IMG/VR virus record: IMGVR_UViG_3300026256_000121
Span: 10,452-74,451 of that record
Strand: one strand, 5' to 3'
DNA from: a virus
DNA length: 64,000 nucleotides
The notes beneath the pieces are model-generated. The model saw only the letters and a list, made by a program, of their open reading frames with translations, did not search any database and was not told where the DNA came from. The position numbers and the translations under genes are program-made. Positions 28,207 through 36,801 of the stretch are shown piece after piece (the first letter of the stretch is position 1; every line of letters begins with the position of its first letter).

Positions 28207-29152
28207 TTTTTTTCGCTTCTAATTTAGTTTGTAGTTGGTCTTTATATGTTTCGTTTTTAACCCTATCTACATAGTGAGAACTCATCTTACCATAACCGTG
28301 TCTCCACGCCATTTGTTTTAGAGTTTTTTCATCTTTACCTTTAAAATGACTTGCTAATTCTTTGTCAGACATGTCAGCGTATTTCTGTTTGTTCTTAATA
28401 ACGCTTGTTGGCATTCCACCTTCGTTAGTTCTTTTTAAAACTTTTTGTACATCTGGATGGCTTGATAACCCTTTTGCAAGTTTTTCAATAGCCTTAACTG
28501 CACCTGAATAGTTACCTTGTTTGTATCTAGGGTCATTTGCAATTCCGTATGCTTGTTTGATTTGTTGTGAAGTAAACTTAGTTTCTTCTTTAACTTTTTT
28601 CTTTTTATGAGTTTTACCACAACTTTCACAGATTTCTTTACCACAGCTACAATTACATGTAGACTCTGATACTTCGTCAAATTTTGTTTGGTAATCTAAA
28701 TGATGGAAAACAGTACCAAGATAGTCAGATGCTTTAGTAATTTTAGCTGATACCCAACCGTCTAATCCTTCTGCTTCACTCATACCTTTAAGCATGTCAT
28801 GAAGTTTAATAGAATATTTTGCGGCTTTATATAACTCGCCTCTAGCGAGTTGGATTTCATGATCTTGCTCAACTTTATGAGCTAAGTCACCTAAGTTTTC
28901 TTGAACTTCTTCTTTATCTTCTACTGGTTTTAATGTTTCTTTAACTACATCAAAACTAGTTGGTACTTTACCTGTCATTCTCTTTAAAATTCCACGGCCA
29001 ACTTCTTTTGGATCCTTACCTGCTGGTACATTAACTATAATAGAGTTAGGCACCTCACCACCAGTATTTGGTGGCATTTTAATATTTTTTATTCTAACAA
29101 CCATATCCTCTTCTAATTCAACTTCTTGTTTTATAATTTCTTTTTCTCGCAT
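28196..29152 (-). CDS. Modular putative internal head polyprotein
   Basis: Start probably MREKE after TAAATA and AAGGA; contains a GWVSAKITKASDYL module, a Cys module and the shared KQA.GIA module. Confidence 0.7.
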   Translation of the reverse strand: MREKEIIKQEVELEEDMVVRIKNIKMPPNTGGEVPNSIIVNVPAGKDPKEVGRGILKRMTGKVPTSFDVVKETLKPVEDKEEVQENLGDLAHKVEQDHEIQLARGELYKAAKYSIKLHDMLKGMSEAEGLDGWVSAKITKASDYLGTVFHHLDYQTKFDEVSESTCNCSCGKEICESCGKTHKKKKVKEETKFTSQQIKQAYGIANDPRYKQGNYSGAVKAIEKLAKGLSSHPDVQKVLKRTNEGGMPTSVIKNKQKYADMSDKELASHFKGKDEKTLKQMAWRHGYGKMSSHYVDRVKNETYKDQLQTKLEAKKNEN

Positions 29153-29171
29153 AGTATTATCCTTACTGTAT

Positions 29172-31484
29172 TTAGCGTTTAACTGCGCCGCCACCCATTA
29201 AATTATTACTCATGTCTAATGCATTTACGGCTGTACCATCAGCCTTCTTTTTTTGTGGTGCCTTAGGAGCTCCAAATTTACCTTTTTTTGCAGGTTTATG
29301 TTTAGCAATTACAGGATTAGCCACAGTTGCGATATTGCCTGCACTTGTTGATCCAGCTGTAGCTGTTTCGCCTATTTCTTTCATACCATCATATATTTGT
29401 GATTCATAATTTTCAGCGTTTTCTTTATCATAATTAACTTTCCACGTTGCTAATTCTCTATATCTACGTCTTACTTCATCAGCAAGTTCCGGATCGCTTT
29501 TCATATAGCGTTCTAAACTATAAAGAGTTTTCATTTTTTCTCTATAGTCTTCTAAATCTGTAACGCCAAATTTTTCTTCAGACATAAATGCTTCCTTTTT
29601 ATCTTTTGATAATGTTTTTGCTTCTTCTTCATCATCGTCATCATATTCACGTCCTGGAACATTTGTTAGATCACGTGCGGCAGTACCAAATTCTTTTTCA
29701 TCATCATCTGTCCAGTCGTCATCTTCTGGATCTCTATTACTAGGATGATCTGGCCAATTCATTTCATCATTTGATGGATCAATACGTCCCCAATATTGGT
29801 GTTCGCTTGAGTAGTCTTTAGTTGAATCATAAAATTCGTGGTCTTGAACTCTATCACTATTTTTGCCATCTAGCCATTTATCAAATGCTTCGTCATAATT
29901 TTTTGCAGGTACTTTATAGATGTGCATTTCTGTTGGTGTATCAGTAATCATATGCGTACCTTCTGCATCGGCATCATAATCATCTGGATCTAACCAGTTA
30001 CGTCCGATCGGATTTGATTTGTGCCACATTGATGAATATGCTTTATGCGATTTTGAATCAAGATCTTCGTTTGCTCTTTTTAATGCGTTAGCAACGTCTG
30101 GATGTTTTGATAATCCTTTTTTAAGTTTTTCAATAGTATTTGATGCTCCAGTGTAATTGCCATCTTTATATCTTTTATCAAAAGCAATACCTTTTGCTTG
30201 TTTAATTTCTTTATCAGTTGGTTTTTCTTTATCTTCTTTAATTGCATTACAATCACAATGAGGACAATCTGGTGGACAATGACATTCGCTAACTGGCACA
30301 CCACAACAGGCTTCAGGACACATTTTTTCTTTTGCTTCACCTATATCCCATGGATGTTTCCAATCACGTCTTTTAGTAGCTTTACCTAATGCATCTGTAG
30401 GATGTTCAAGATCTAGTTCATCGCGGTTCATATACTTTGTGTCACCGTTTTGAAATTCTACTTTATATACTCCAGCTTTAGGATCAGCTTGTATTATTTT
30501 TACTCTACGTCCTTTAATTGTTCTTACAACTGTTCCAACTCGATCGTCAATAAATTCTTTAATGCTTTCGCCGTTTGATCTTGTTTTATATACGTTATGT
30601 ATTTTGTCAATTGCGTCTGGCCAACCGTCTACAATAACTCTTGCCATGCTTTCAGCTTTGAACTTATCTCCATCTAATACGTGTTGAGCCATTTCTAACC
30701 CATAGCCTAAATGAGCTTGGGCGACTCCTAAAAGTCTTGCTGGAGCATTTTCATCACTTTCGTCTTGTATATCTTCTTGTGGTTGTGCTTCGGGGTCGTC
30801 TTCATCTTGTATATAGTCATAAAGTTTTTTACCACCGTATAAGATTGCAATAATTGCCGTTGCCGGTAACGCCCATTTTACTGCCACTTGTGCAAGTGCT
30901 TTGATAGTTTCATTATCAAGCATATCACCTACAAGTTCTTTGATGTGATCAAATAATTCATCTACTTCAGTATAAATTTTTGCACCTACGCCTAATATTG
31001 TAGCTTTAATAGGATGTTTAAGAATTTGTTTTCCTACGCCTTTTGCTACACTTCCAGCACCTTTGGCAATCTTTGGTGCTACTTTTATTGCACCTTTACC
31101 TGCCGCTTCTGCACCTTTTTGAATAAGTGGTTTGGCATTTTTTGCTATATTAGCCGCCGCACCTGCTCCGCTCTGAGCTCCTTTTTTAATTATTTCTTTT
31201 GCACCCTTTTTTCCAAGGAATCTAAGCACATGAGGAGCACCTATTCTAACAGCGGTTGCTAATGCTGGTATTAATAATGGTAAGAAAGCAAGTTCAGTTA
31301 AGTGCTGAACATCTTCATTTGTGAATTCGTCTTTGTATTTTGCTTTGCGTGGAATTTCTTTAGTTTTATCACCATGAGATCCAGCGGCACCACTCTTTTT
31401 AAGATCTTGCATTTGTTTCCAGTTAGGATCGCGGGGTTTTACTACTCTGCCATCCTTGTATTTTTTAAGCTCGTTAAATCTCAT
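29172..31484 (-). CDS. Large modular putative internal head polyprotein
   Basis: MRFNE leader; amphipathic, SH3/KOW-like, Cys-rich, shared helical, acidic and ETATAG modules. Confidence 0.7.
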   Translation of the reverse strand: MRFNELKKYKDGRVVKPRDPNWKQMQDLKKSGAAGSHGDKTKEIPRKAKYKDEFTNEDVQHLTELAFLPLLIPALATAVRIGAPHVLRFLGKKGAKEIIKKGAQSGAGAAANIAKNAKPLIQKGAEAAGKGAIKVAPKIAKGAGSVAKGVGKQILKHPIKATILGVGAKIYTEVDELFDHIKELVGDMLDNETIKALAQVAVKWALPATAIIAILYGGKKLYDYIQDEDDPEAQPQEDIQDESDENAPARLLGVAQAHLGYGLEMAQHVLDGDKFKAESMARVIVDGWPDAIDKIHNVYKTRSNGESIKEFIDDRVGTVVRTIKGRRVKIIQADPKAGVYKVEFQNGDTKYMNRDELDLEHPTDALGKATKRRDWKHPWDIGEAKEKMCPEACCGVPVSECHCPPDCPHCDCNAIKEDKEKPTDKEIKQAKGIAFDKRYKDGNYTGASNTIEKLKKGLSKHPDVANALKRANEDLDSKSHKAYSSMWHKSNPIGRNWLDPDDYDADAEGTHMITDTPTEMHIYKVPAKNYDEAFDKWLDGKNSDRVQDHEFYDSTKDYSSEHQYWGRIDPSNDEMNWPDHPSNRDPEDDDWTDDDEKEFGTAARDLTNVPGREYDDDDEEEAKTLSKDKKEAFMSEEKFGVTDLEDYREKMKTLYSLERYMKSDPELADEVRRRYRELATWKVNYDKENAENYESQIYDGMKEIGETATAGSTSAGNIATVANPVIAKHKPAKKGKFGAPKAPQKKKADGTAVNALDMSNNLMGGGAVKR

Positions 31485-31505
31485 AGTTTTTCCTAGCTTT
31501 AGTAT

Positions 31506-32996
31506 TTATGCTTTTGCTAGTTTCGTAGCTGTAGCATACATAACTGCTTTAGCGTCATCACCATAGCGTTTTGCGAAGCCTTTTTTGTCTTTTTTCATAC
31601 CTTTAACAATACGTTCTTTGTCTTTTTCTTGACCTTTTGTAAGCTCACGCTCTGTAGCTGGATTTCGTCCTTTTCTAGCCAACTGTCTTGGAGAATTATC
31701 TATATCATGTATAGTATAATTTTTACCGTCCCAATCAACATCCTGTCCTGACAGGAGTTCGTAAATTTTCTTTAGTAATTTTGGGTCGTATTCTGATTTG
31801 CCATATCCTTTTTGTGGCTGTCTAACTTTATCAGCAACAAAGTCTTTAAAATCGCTGTATTTCATTTTTAAATCACCTTCAATAATAGTAGATTCTTTAA
31901 AATGTTGTTGTAAGTTTTTAGCAGTTCTTTCAAACTTATGGTCTTTATGTTTAAAGCCCACTCCACCAGCACCTTCCCATTTAGCAACATTTTGCCCAAA
32001 GTCATCAATTAAGATGTTTGGTGTTCCATCTTTTTGTACAGCATATTGTTTTTTATTAGTTGTAATAATAACATCATCGGGTGGAAATGCTTTTAAATTC
32101 TTTTGCACCCATTCTCTTTTACTAGGCTCAACTCTATGATCGTCTGCCATCGGTGCAGAAAGAATTATGTAACTTCCTTTAATTTGTTTAATAATGCCTA
32201 ATAGATTATCGGCATTAGATGTTGGTTTTAGTTTAGTCCAAAAGTCTGGAGTATTTCTAATTTTATCAAGTCCTACATTTACATTCGAAATGTCTTTCCA
32301 AGTTTTAACTCCCATTAATTTAGTCCAAGCACTAAAGAAATCTACAAGTACTCCATCCATGTCTACATAAATTTTGCTGTTACTTGATAAACCTTTAGCT
32401 TCTTTTTCTTGTAGGTTATCTGGAACATCAAATTGCCATACTTTACCCTTACCAGTTGTTCTTATTGCCGCGGTAAGTCTTGTATTACCACCTACAAGCT
32501 CTAACCATCCATCACTATAACTTGCAACAATAGGTAATTCAATTTTACCTGTTTGTAATTGTTGTACTACTCTTTTTTTCCGTACAGGATCTATTTTATC
32601 CCAATCTTTTACGTTACCAGCTTCAGTATTTTTAATCTTTTTAACTGTTTCAGCATCATAGTCTACTACTTTACCTTTTTTAGCAAGAGCAATCCATTTA
32701 TCTTTACCTATATTTTTAAATTCCTTGTAACGTTTTGCTTCGCCCCATTCATTATCAAAGTTAGGGTCAGTATATGCAATAGAGTTTTTTGATTCTGACA
32801 TTCCTAAATTAAAAAGTGTATTAGGGTTAGTATTTTTGTATGCTTTATCGTGCATAAAGTAGCCAGGACGGCCATCTTTGTCAACTTTGTTTCCGAATTT
32901 AGCGGCTTGTTTTTTAATTTCGTCAGGGCCTACGTCAGATGTTTGATTCTGCTTTGTAATTCTGCCGACACCTTCGTATAACTGACGTAATTTCAT
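31506..32996 (-). CDS. Modular protein: ParB/Srx-like domain, HAD 5'(3')-nucleotidase and C-terminal VMYATATK module
   Basis: MKLRQLYE leader (TAATG coupled); LVGGNTRL; YVDMDGVL...LIDD. Confidence 0.75.
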   Translation of the reverse strand: MKLRQLYEGVGRITKQNQTSDVGPDEIKKQAAKFGNKVDKDGRPGYFMHDKAYKNTNPNTLFNLGMSESKNSIAYTDPNFDNEWGEAKRYKEFKNIGKDKWIALAKKGKVVDYDAETVKKIKNTEAGNVKDWDKIDPVRKKRVVQQLQTGKIELPIVASYSDGWLELVGGNTRLTAAIRTTGKGKVWQFDVPDNLQEKEAKGLSSNSKIYVDMDGVLVDFFSAWTKLMGVKTWKDISNVNVGLDKIRNTPDFWTKLKPTSNADNLLGIIKQIKGSYIILSAPMADDHRVEPSKREWVQKNLKAFPPDDVIITTNKKQYAVQKDGTPNILIDDFGQNVAKWEGAGGVGFKHKDHKFERTAKNLQQHFKESTIIEGDLKMKYSDFKDFVADKVRQPQKGYGKSEYDPKLLKKIYELLSGQDVDWDGKNYTIHDIDNSPRQLARKGRNPATERELTKGQEKDKERIVKGMKKDKKGFAKRYGDDAKAVMYATATKLAKA

Positions 32997-33598
32997 TATG
33001 CCGCCCAAACATGAGTTGCACCACGTTGTTTTCCAATACGTGCAATTTTATTCATCATCATTATTACTTCATTAAAGTAACCTTCACGTTTGCCGCCACC
33101 AATCATTGTAGCACCGCCGCCACTTTTATCTACTGTAGTAGGTTCCTCTGCTGAACGTTTGCCTATATGTCGTTTTAACCATTGAGTAGTGAATGCAATG
33201 AACTCGTCTATAGGGACATTAGAGTCCGGATCTCCAAATCCAAGCTCGTCAAACACTTCACGCATATTTGAATTAGACAAATTTAAATCTAGTTCTGGAT
33301 CGTAATCAGGATTTTCAGGTGGTTCTTCATCACCATACATATACTTGTCTGAATTTTTATAAAAGTCATCACCATAACGGCTTCCTGAATCAGTATCGCT
33401 AGTCCAGTAACCTTTTTCTTTGTCTTTATGACCTGCGGCAAAGCTCATACTTTCATTAGCTTTATTATTGCCTTTGTTTTTAAAGTCAAATCTGTTATTT
33501 GGACCAATACCTTTTTTATGTATTAAACCTTGTGGCTTAATTGTTTGAGGCATTATTATCCATTCTTGTTTGTAACCTAAAACTTCAGTTATTTTCAT
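32996..33598 (-). CDS. Putative internal head protein
   Basis: MKITE leader. Confidence 0.6.
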   Translation of the reverse strand: MKITEVLGYKQEWIIMPQTIKPQGLIHKKGIGPNNRFDFKNKGNNKANESMSFAAGHKDKEKGYWTSDTDSGSRYGDDFYKNSDKYMYGDEEPPENPDYDPELDLNLSNSNMREVFDELGFGDPDSNVPIDEFIAFTTQWLKRHIGKRSAEEPTTVDKSGGGATMIGGGKREGYFNEVIMMMNKIARIGKQRGATHVWAA

Positions 33599-33813
33599 TT
33601 TTTACGCCCCCTAAATGGTACGTTACTTGCAACCATGAAAGGTCTACTAAACCAAAGTTTGAACCAATCTTCTGTACCTGGTTTAATACCTTGTTCTTTT
33701 TCTTTTTTCTTTAATGCCGCGGCAGTTATACTAGGATTCTCGTCTATTTTGTATTCAGAGTATCCTTGAAACTCGTTAACCCCTGCTAATTGTTTTAATC
33801 TTTCTATATCCAT
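33595..33813 (-). CDS. Small phage protein
   Basis: RLKQLAGVNE and IKPGTEDWFKLWF motifs. Confidence 0.65.
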   Translation of the reverse strand: MDIERLKQLAGVNEFQGYSEYKIDENPSITAAALKKKEKEQGIKPGTEDWFKLWFSRPFMVASNVPFRGRKK

Positions 33814-33814
33814 T

Positions 33815-33982
33815 TTACTTTTTATCTATTCCACAATATTTACTTGCTTCGTCTACTTTGCCCATGCTAATTTTATGAAATGTTTTCATAATGTTTTTAT
33901 GCTTTACGTTATTCGGACATGAACATTGCCATTGATACATCGCTTCGCATTTTACACAATATCTAGACTTTAGTTTACTGAT
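33815..33982 (-). CDS. Small Cys-containing protein, probable non-AUG (ATC) start (not in ORF track)
   Basis: ISKLKSRYCVKCEAMYQWQCSCPN...; GGAG 6 nt before ATC; fills the gap exactly. Confidence 0.45.
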   Translation of the reverse strand: MSKLKSRYCVKCEAMYQWQCSCPNNVKHKNIMKTFHKISMGKVDEASKYCGIDKK

Positions 33983-34991
33983 TAGAATCTCCTTCTATTC
34001 GGGTTACGTTACTTGCGTCAAAGATTAATAAACCTTCAACAGCTTTATCACTAACTACTCCATCATATCCTGCTTCTTTTAAGTCCATTGTTAGTATTGC
34101 TGAGTACATTTTATCTCCAGTATACTCCCAAGGTTTAAGTCCCATTTTTGCTTTGATATCTGCTACTTCGTCGCTTTGATAATCAGCTATTTTTAACCCT
34201 GGCTTTACTTTATACTTAACAATCTCACCATCAGCACCATGATGTATTGAAAATGCATTCGCGGCAGACTCAGTCCATGTAAGATAAACTCCTCTACCTA
34301 ATGCACCTAGTCCTAAACCTTTGCCCCCTTTACCTTCTCCTCGGTAAAATACGCCGTCTTCTTTCTTATATAAATGTGGATAAAAATCTGCTTCTGATTC
34401 TATTACTTGTATAGCTTCGCCTTGTATTCCTAATCCAGCACGAACTTTATTGTATAACATTTTTCCTACTTTAGGATCTTTGCTACAAACACCAGATCTA
34501 AATGATTCAATGTCTCCGTCAACTGCCGCTTGTTTCATTTTACTAGCACTCATACCTTCAGCACCTTCGGCATCTGGATCTCGTTGTCCTGCACTTATAA
34601 CATTTATGGAATTAAATTGATAATCATCGCCACCGTTGTATTTGTTTAGTAATGTATCAAAAGATTCTACACGATCGTCACCAGCTACGTAGATAAGATC
34701 AGTATATTTTCTACTGTAAAGAAATTTGCAACAATCAATAATAGTTCTAACACTATCATGCCCGATAGTAATTCCATTGCCGAAACATTTACGAGCAAAA
34801 AAAACTTTTTCTGCAAATGATAAAGGATCTGTTTTAGGTTTTTGTGTATGACTTAAAAATAGGAAAGGATCGCCTGGCTGACTTGTAATTACATCAACTA
34901 ATTTAGCGTGTCCAATTGTAGGAGGATTCATTCGCCCGAAGGCAAATACAGCCGTTTTCCCGTCAGCTTCAGTAAGTTGTCGTAAGAGCAT
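33975..34991 (-). CDS. HxGH-type nucleotidyltransferase fused to an ADP-ribosyltransferase-like domain
   Basis: FGRMNPPTIGH, AGDDR, MSASKM; then FYRGE...GRGVYLT...GYDGV...EGLLIF. Confidence 0.75.
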   Translation of the reverse strand: MLLRQLTEADGKTAVFAFGRMNPPTIGHAKLVDVITSQPGDPFLFLSHTQKPKTDPLSFAEKVFFARKCFGNGITIGHDSVRTIIDCCKFLYSRKYTDLIYVAGDDRVESFDTLLNKYNGGDDYQFNSINVISAGQRDPDAEGAEGMSASKMKQAAVDGDIESFRSGVCSKDPKVGKMLYNKVRAGLGIQGEAIQVIESEADFYPHLYKKEDGVFYRGEGKGGKGLGLGALGRGVYLTWTESAANAFSIHHGADGEIVKYKVKPGLKIADYQSDEVADIKAKMGLKPWEYTGDKMYSAILTMDLKEAGYDGVVSDKAVEGLLIFDASNVTRIEGDSNQ

Positions 34992-35335
34992 TAATAATCA
35001 CCTTTTTCAATTAGCTCCATTTCTTCGCCATAGATTTTTTCAATTAACGCATCAATTTCTTCGCTTTGCATCAAATCCTCTGGACGTTTAGGAATACTAT
35101 ATTTTGCACAATAGTGATTAATACCTTTGTTTACCATAGGCAATATTGCCTTTTTTGTATCAATTGGATTGCCTTGTTTTAGACGATCTTGCATATTAGC
35201 AATAGTTGGATAATACTGTTTACGATAAAACATAGGGTCGTTCTTCATATGGACATGAAGGTCACTTACAACATCAAACCCTAAGTTAGGTTTGCTTTCA
35301 TCGTTATGATCATCTATAAATTCATTAATTTTCAT
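34991..35335 (-). CDS. Putative internal head protein
   Basis: MKINE leader; MKNDPMFYRKQYYP motif. Confidence 0.6.
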   Translation of the reverse strand: MKINEFIDDHNDESKPNLGFDVVSDLHVHMKNDPMFYRKQYYPTIANMQDRLKQGNPIDTKKAILPMVNKGINHYCAKYSIPKRPEDLMQSEEIDALIEKIYGEEMELIEKGDY

Positions 35336-35337
35336 AG

Positions 35338-35448
35338 TTATTCTTCTTCTTCTGTTCTAGTACAGCATTCGCAACGCATTGTTGCAGTACACTCACAGGG
35401 ATCGCAAGTACATTTTTTGTCCTTGCATTGGTCATTATTACAAGCCAT
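35338..35448 (-). CDS. Metallothionein-like peptide, 36 aa with 9 Cys (not in ORF track)
   Basis: MACNNDQCKDKKCTCDPCECTATMRCECCTRTEEEE*; GGAGG SD and TAAATA upstream. Confidence 0.75.
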   Translation of the reverse strand: MACNNDQCKDKKCTCDPCECTATMRCECCTRTEEEE

Positions 35449-35490
35449 GATGAAACCTCCTATGTATAGAGTATTTATCAGACTTTAAGG

Positions 35491-35760
35491 CTAGACAGAA
35501 ATTTCGATATCGAAGTGATTATAACCTAAATCAAATAGTTTATGAGCAATACGCTCAGCTACTACAGTAGATTCAGAATCTTTGAGGTTTTTGTGTGTTT
35601 CTACAGTTAATATAACGCCACCTTGTTCAGTTTCACCTATTTCGTAATTTGTTTCATCTTCAAGTAATGCTTCGTCGGCACATTCGAGGATTGAATCAAC
35701 TACAACCTCGTCTACATCTTCTGGTTTCTTTTCCCATACTATATTAATAAAGTGCTTCAT
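35491..35760 (-). CDS. Acidic hypothetical protein
   Basis: 89 aa; AGGA SD. Confidence 0.6.
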   Translation of the reverse strand: MKHFINIVWEKKPEDVDEVVVDSILECADEALLEDETNYEIGETEQGGVILTVETHKNLKDSESTVVAERIAHKLFDLGYNHFDIEISV

Positions 35761-35769
35761 ATTACTATC

Positions 35770-36111
35770 CTAATGATTTAATAGTACAGATGTTACTGTA
35801 CCTGCTGTATATGTTACTGATACTCTAACATATACAAAATTACCGGTAAAATTCTTAAAATGACTATTGTTTGATGTACTTACTTCTGTACCTACAATAT
35901 CACCCCAATCAGCTTCAACTGGTGTTGTTGCTAATGTACCTTGCATCTTAATTGTACCATTAAAGTTGACTAAATTATACTGAACAGTATGAAATCCATC
36001 TGCTCTGCCATAATATCCGTCACCTTTATATGCAGTTCCGTTGACAGTCACTGAAGTGCTATCACCTGGGTGTACATTTTGGGTTAAAATTGTTTCGCTT
36101 GTACTGGACAT
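35770..36111 (-). CDS. Beta-rich putative virion protein
   Basis: GDGYYG...NFTGNFVYVR; TAAATA-N5-ATG start. Confidence 0.6.
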   Translation of the reverse strand: MSSTSETILTQNVHPGDSTSVTVNGTAYKGDGYYGRADGFHTVQYNLVNFNGTIKMQGTLATTPVEADWGDIVGTEVSTSNNSHFKNFTGNFVYVRVSVTYTAGTVTSVLLNH

Positions 36112-36122
36112 ACTGTTATTTA
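36112..36122 (-). promoter_or_regulatory. Representative TAAATA late-promoter-like motif
   Basis: Recurs just upstream of genes at 2820, 4153, 7777, 29169, 31503, 35472, 41491, 44614, 51417, 52781, 56358, 63543 (minus) and 329, 44668 (plus). Confidence 0.6.
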
Positions 36123-36787
36123 TCTACATCTTGCTTTAGAACTATTCTGTCTACCCTGGTAATATTGCCTGATAAGAAAAGCATTGCAAGGGTTAAAACC
36201 TTCTCATCACGCAGATACAAGTATTTGCCATTTACATATCCTTTTTGAGATAATCGAGACATAAGCCCTGGACTAACACGGATTTTATCACCATTCTCTT
36301 TTGCCCAGTTATAAAAATTATAGTCTATTGAGTTCCCTCCAAGAGTTACTTTAAATTCGTACTCAAACGGAGTATTTTTAATAATGATATTCTTATTTTT
36401 TAAAAGTAGATCAGCAGTATTATCTGCTGGCTCATAAAAGTCGCTAACACGATGAAGTTTTTTACTTACGTGTTTAAGCCATGTATCGTCATTTGAAAAA
36501 AGGCCAACTTTACGCTGTTCACAGCGTACCATAAAAGATGATGCACTTTCAAGTTCACTAAGTAATATTTTTAAATCGTGTAAGTCATCTTGAGTAACAT
36601 CAATATGCCGCATCGATGGCATATATCGAAGAGTTTCTTTTTCTTCTAATTTAAATTGTAAATCGTCGATGACTGTTCTAGCATGACTAAAATTTTTATT
36701 ACGAAAGATAAACCCTAATGGATTAACAACACCTAATTTATAAAGGTATTTGTCATAAAATAGTTTAGTTGTTTCGTGTCGTATCAT
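36116..36787 (-). CDS. Hypothetical phage protein
   Basis: 223 aa ORF. Confidence 0.65.
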   Translation of the reverse strand: MIRHETTKLFYDKYLYKLGVVNPLGFIFRNKNFSHARTVIDDLQFKLEEKETLRYMPSMRHIDVTQDDLHDLKILLSELESASSFMVRCEQRKVGLFSNDDTWLKHVSKKLHRVSDFYEPADNTADLLLKNKNIIIKNTPFEYEFKVTLGGNSIDYNFYNWAKENGDKIRVSPGLMSRLSQKGYVNGKYLYLRDEKVLTLAMLFLSGNITRVDRIVLKQDVDK

Positions 36788-36801
36788 AACCGCCTTCTAT
36801 A

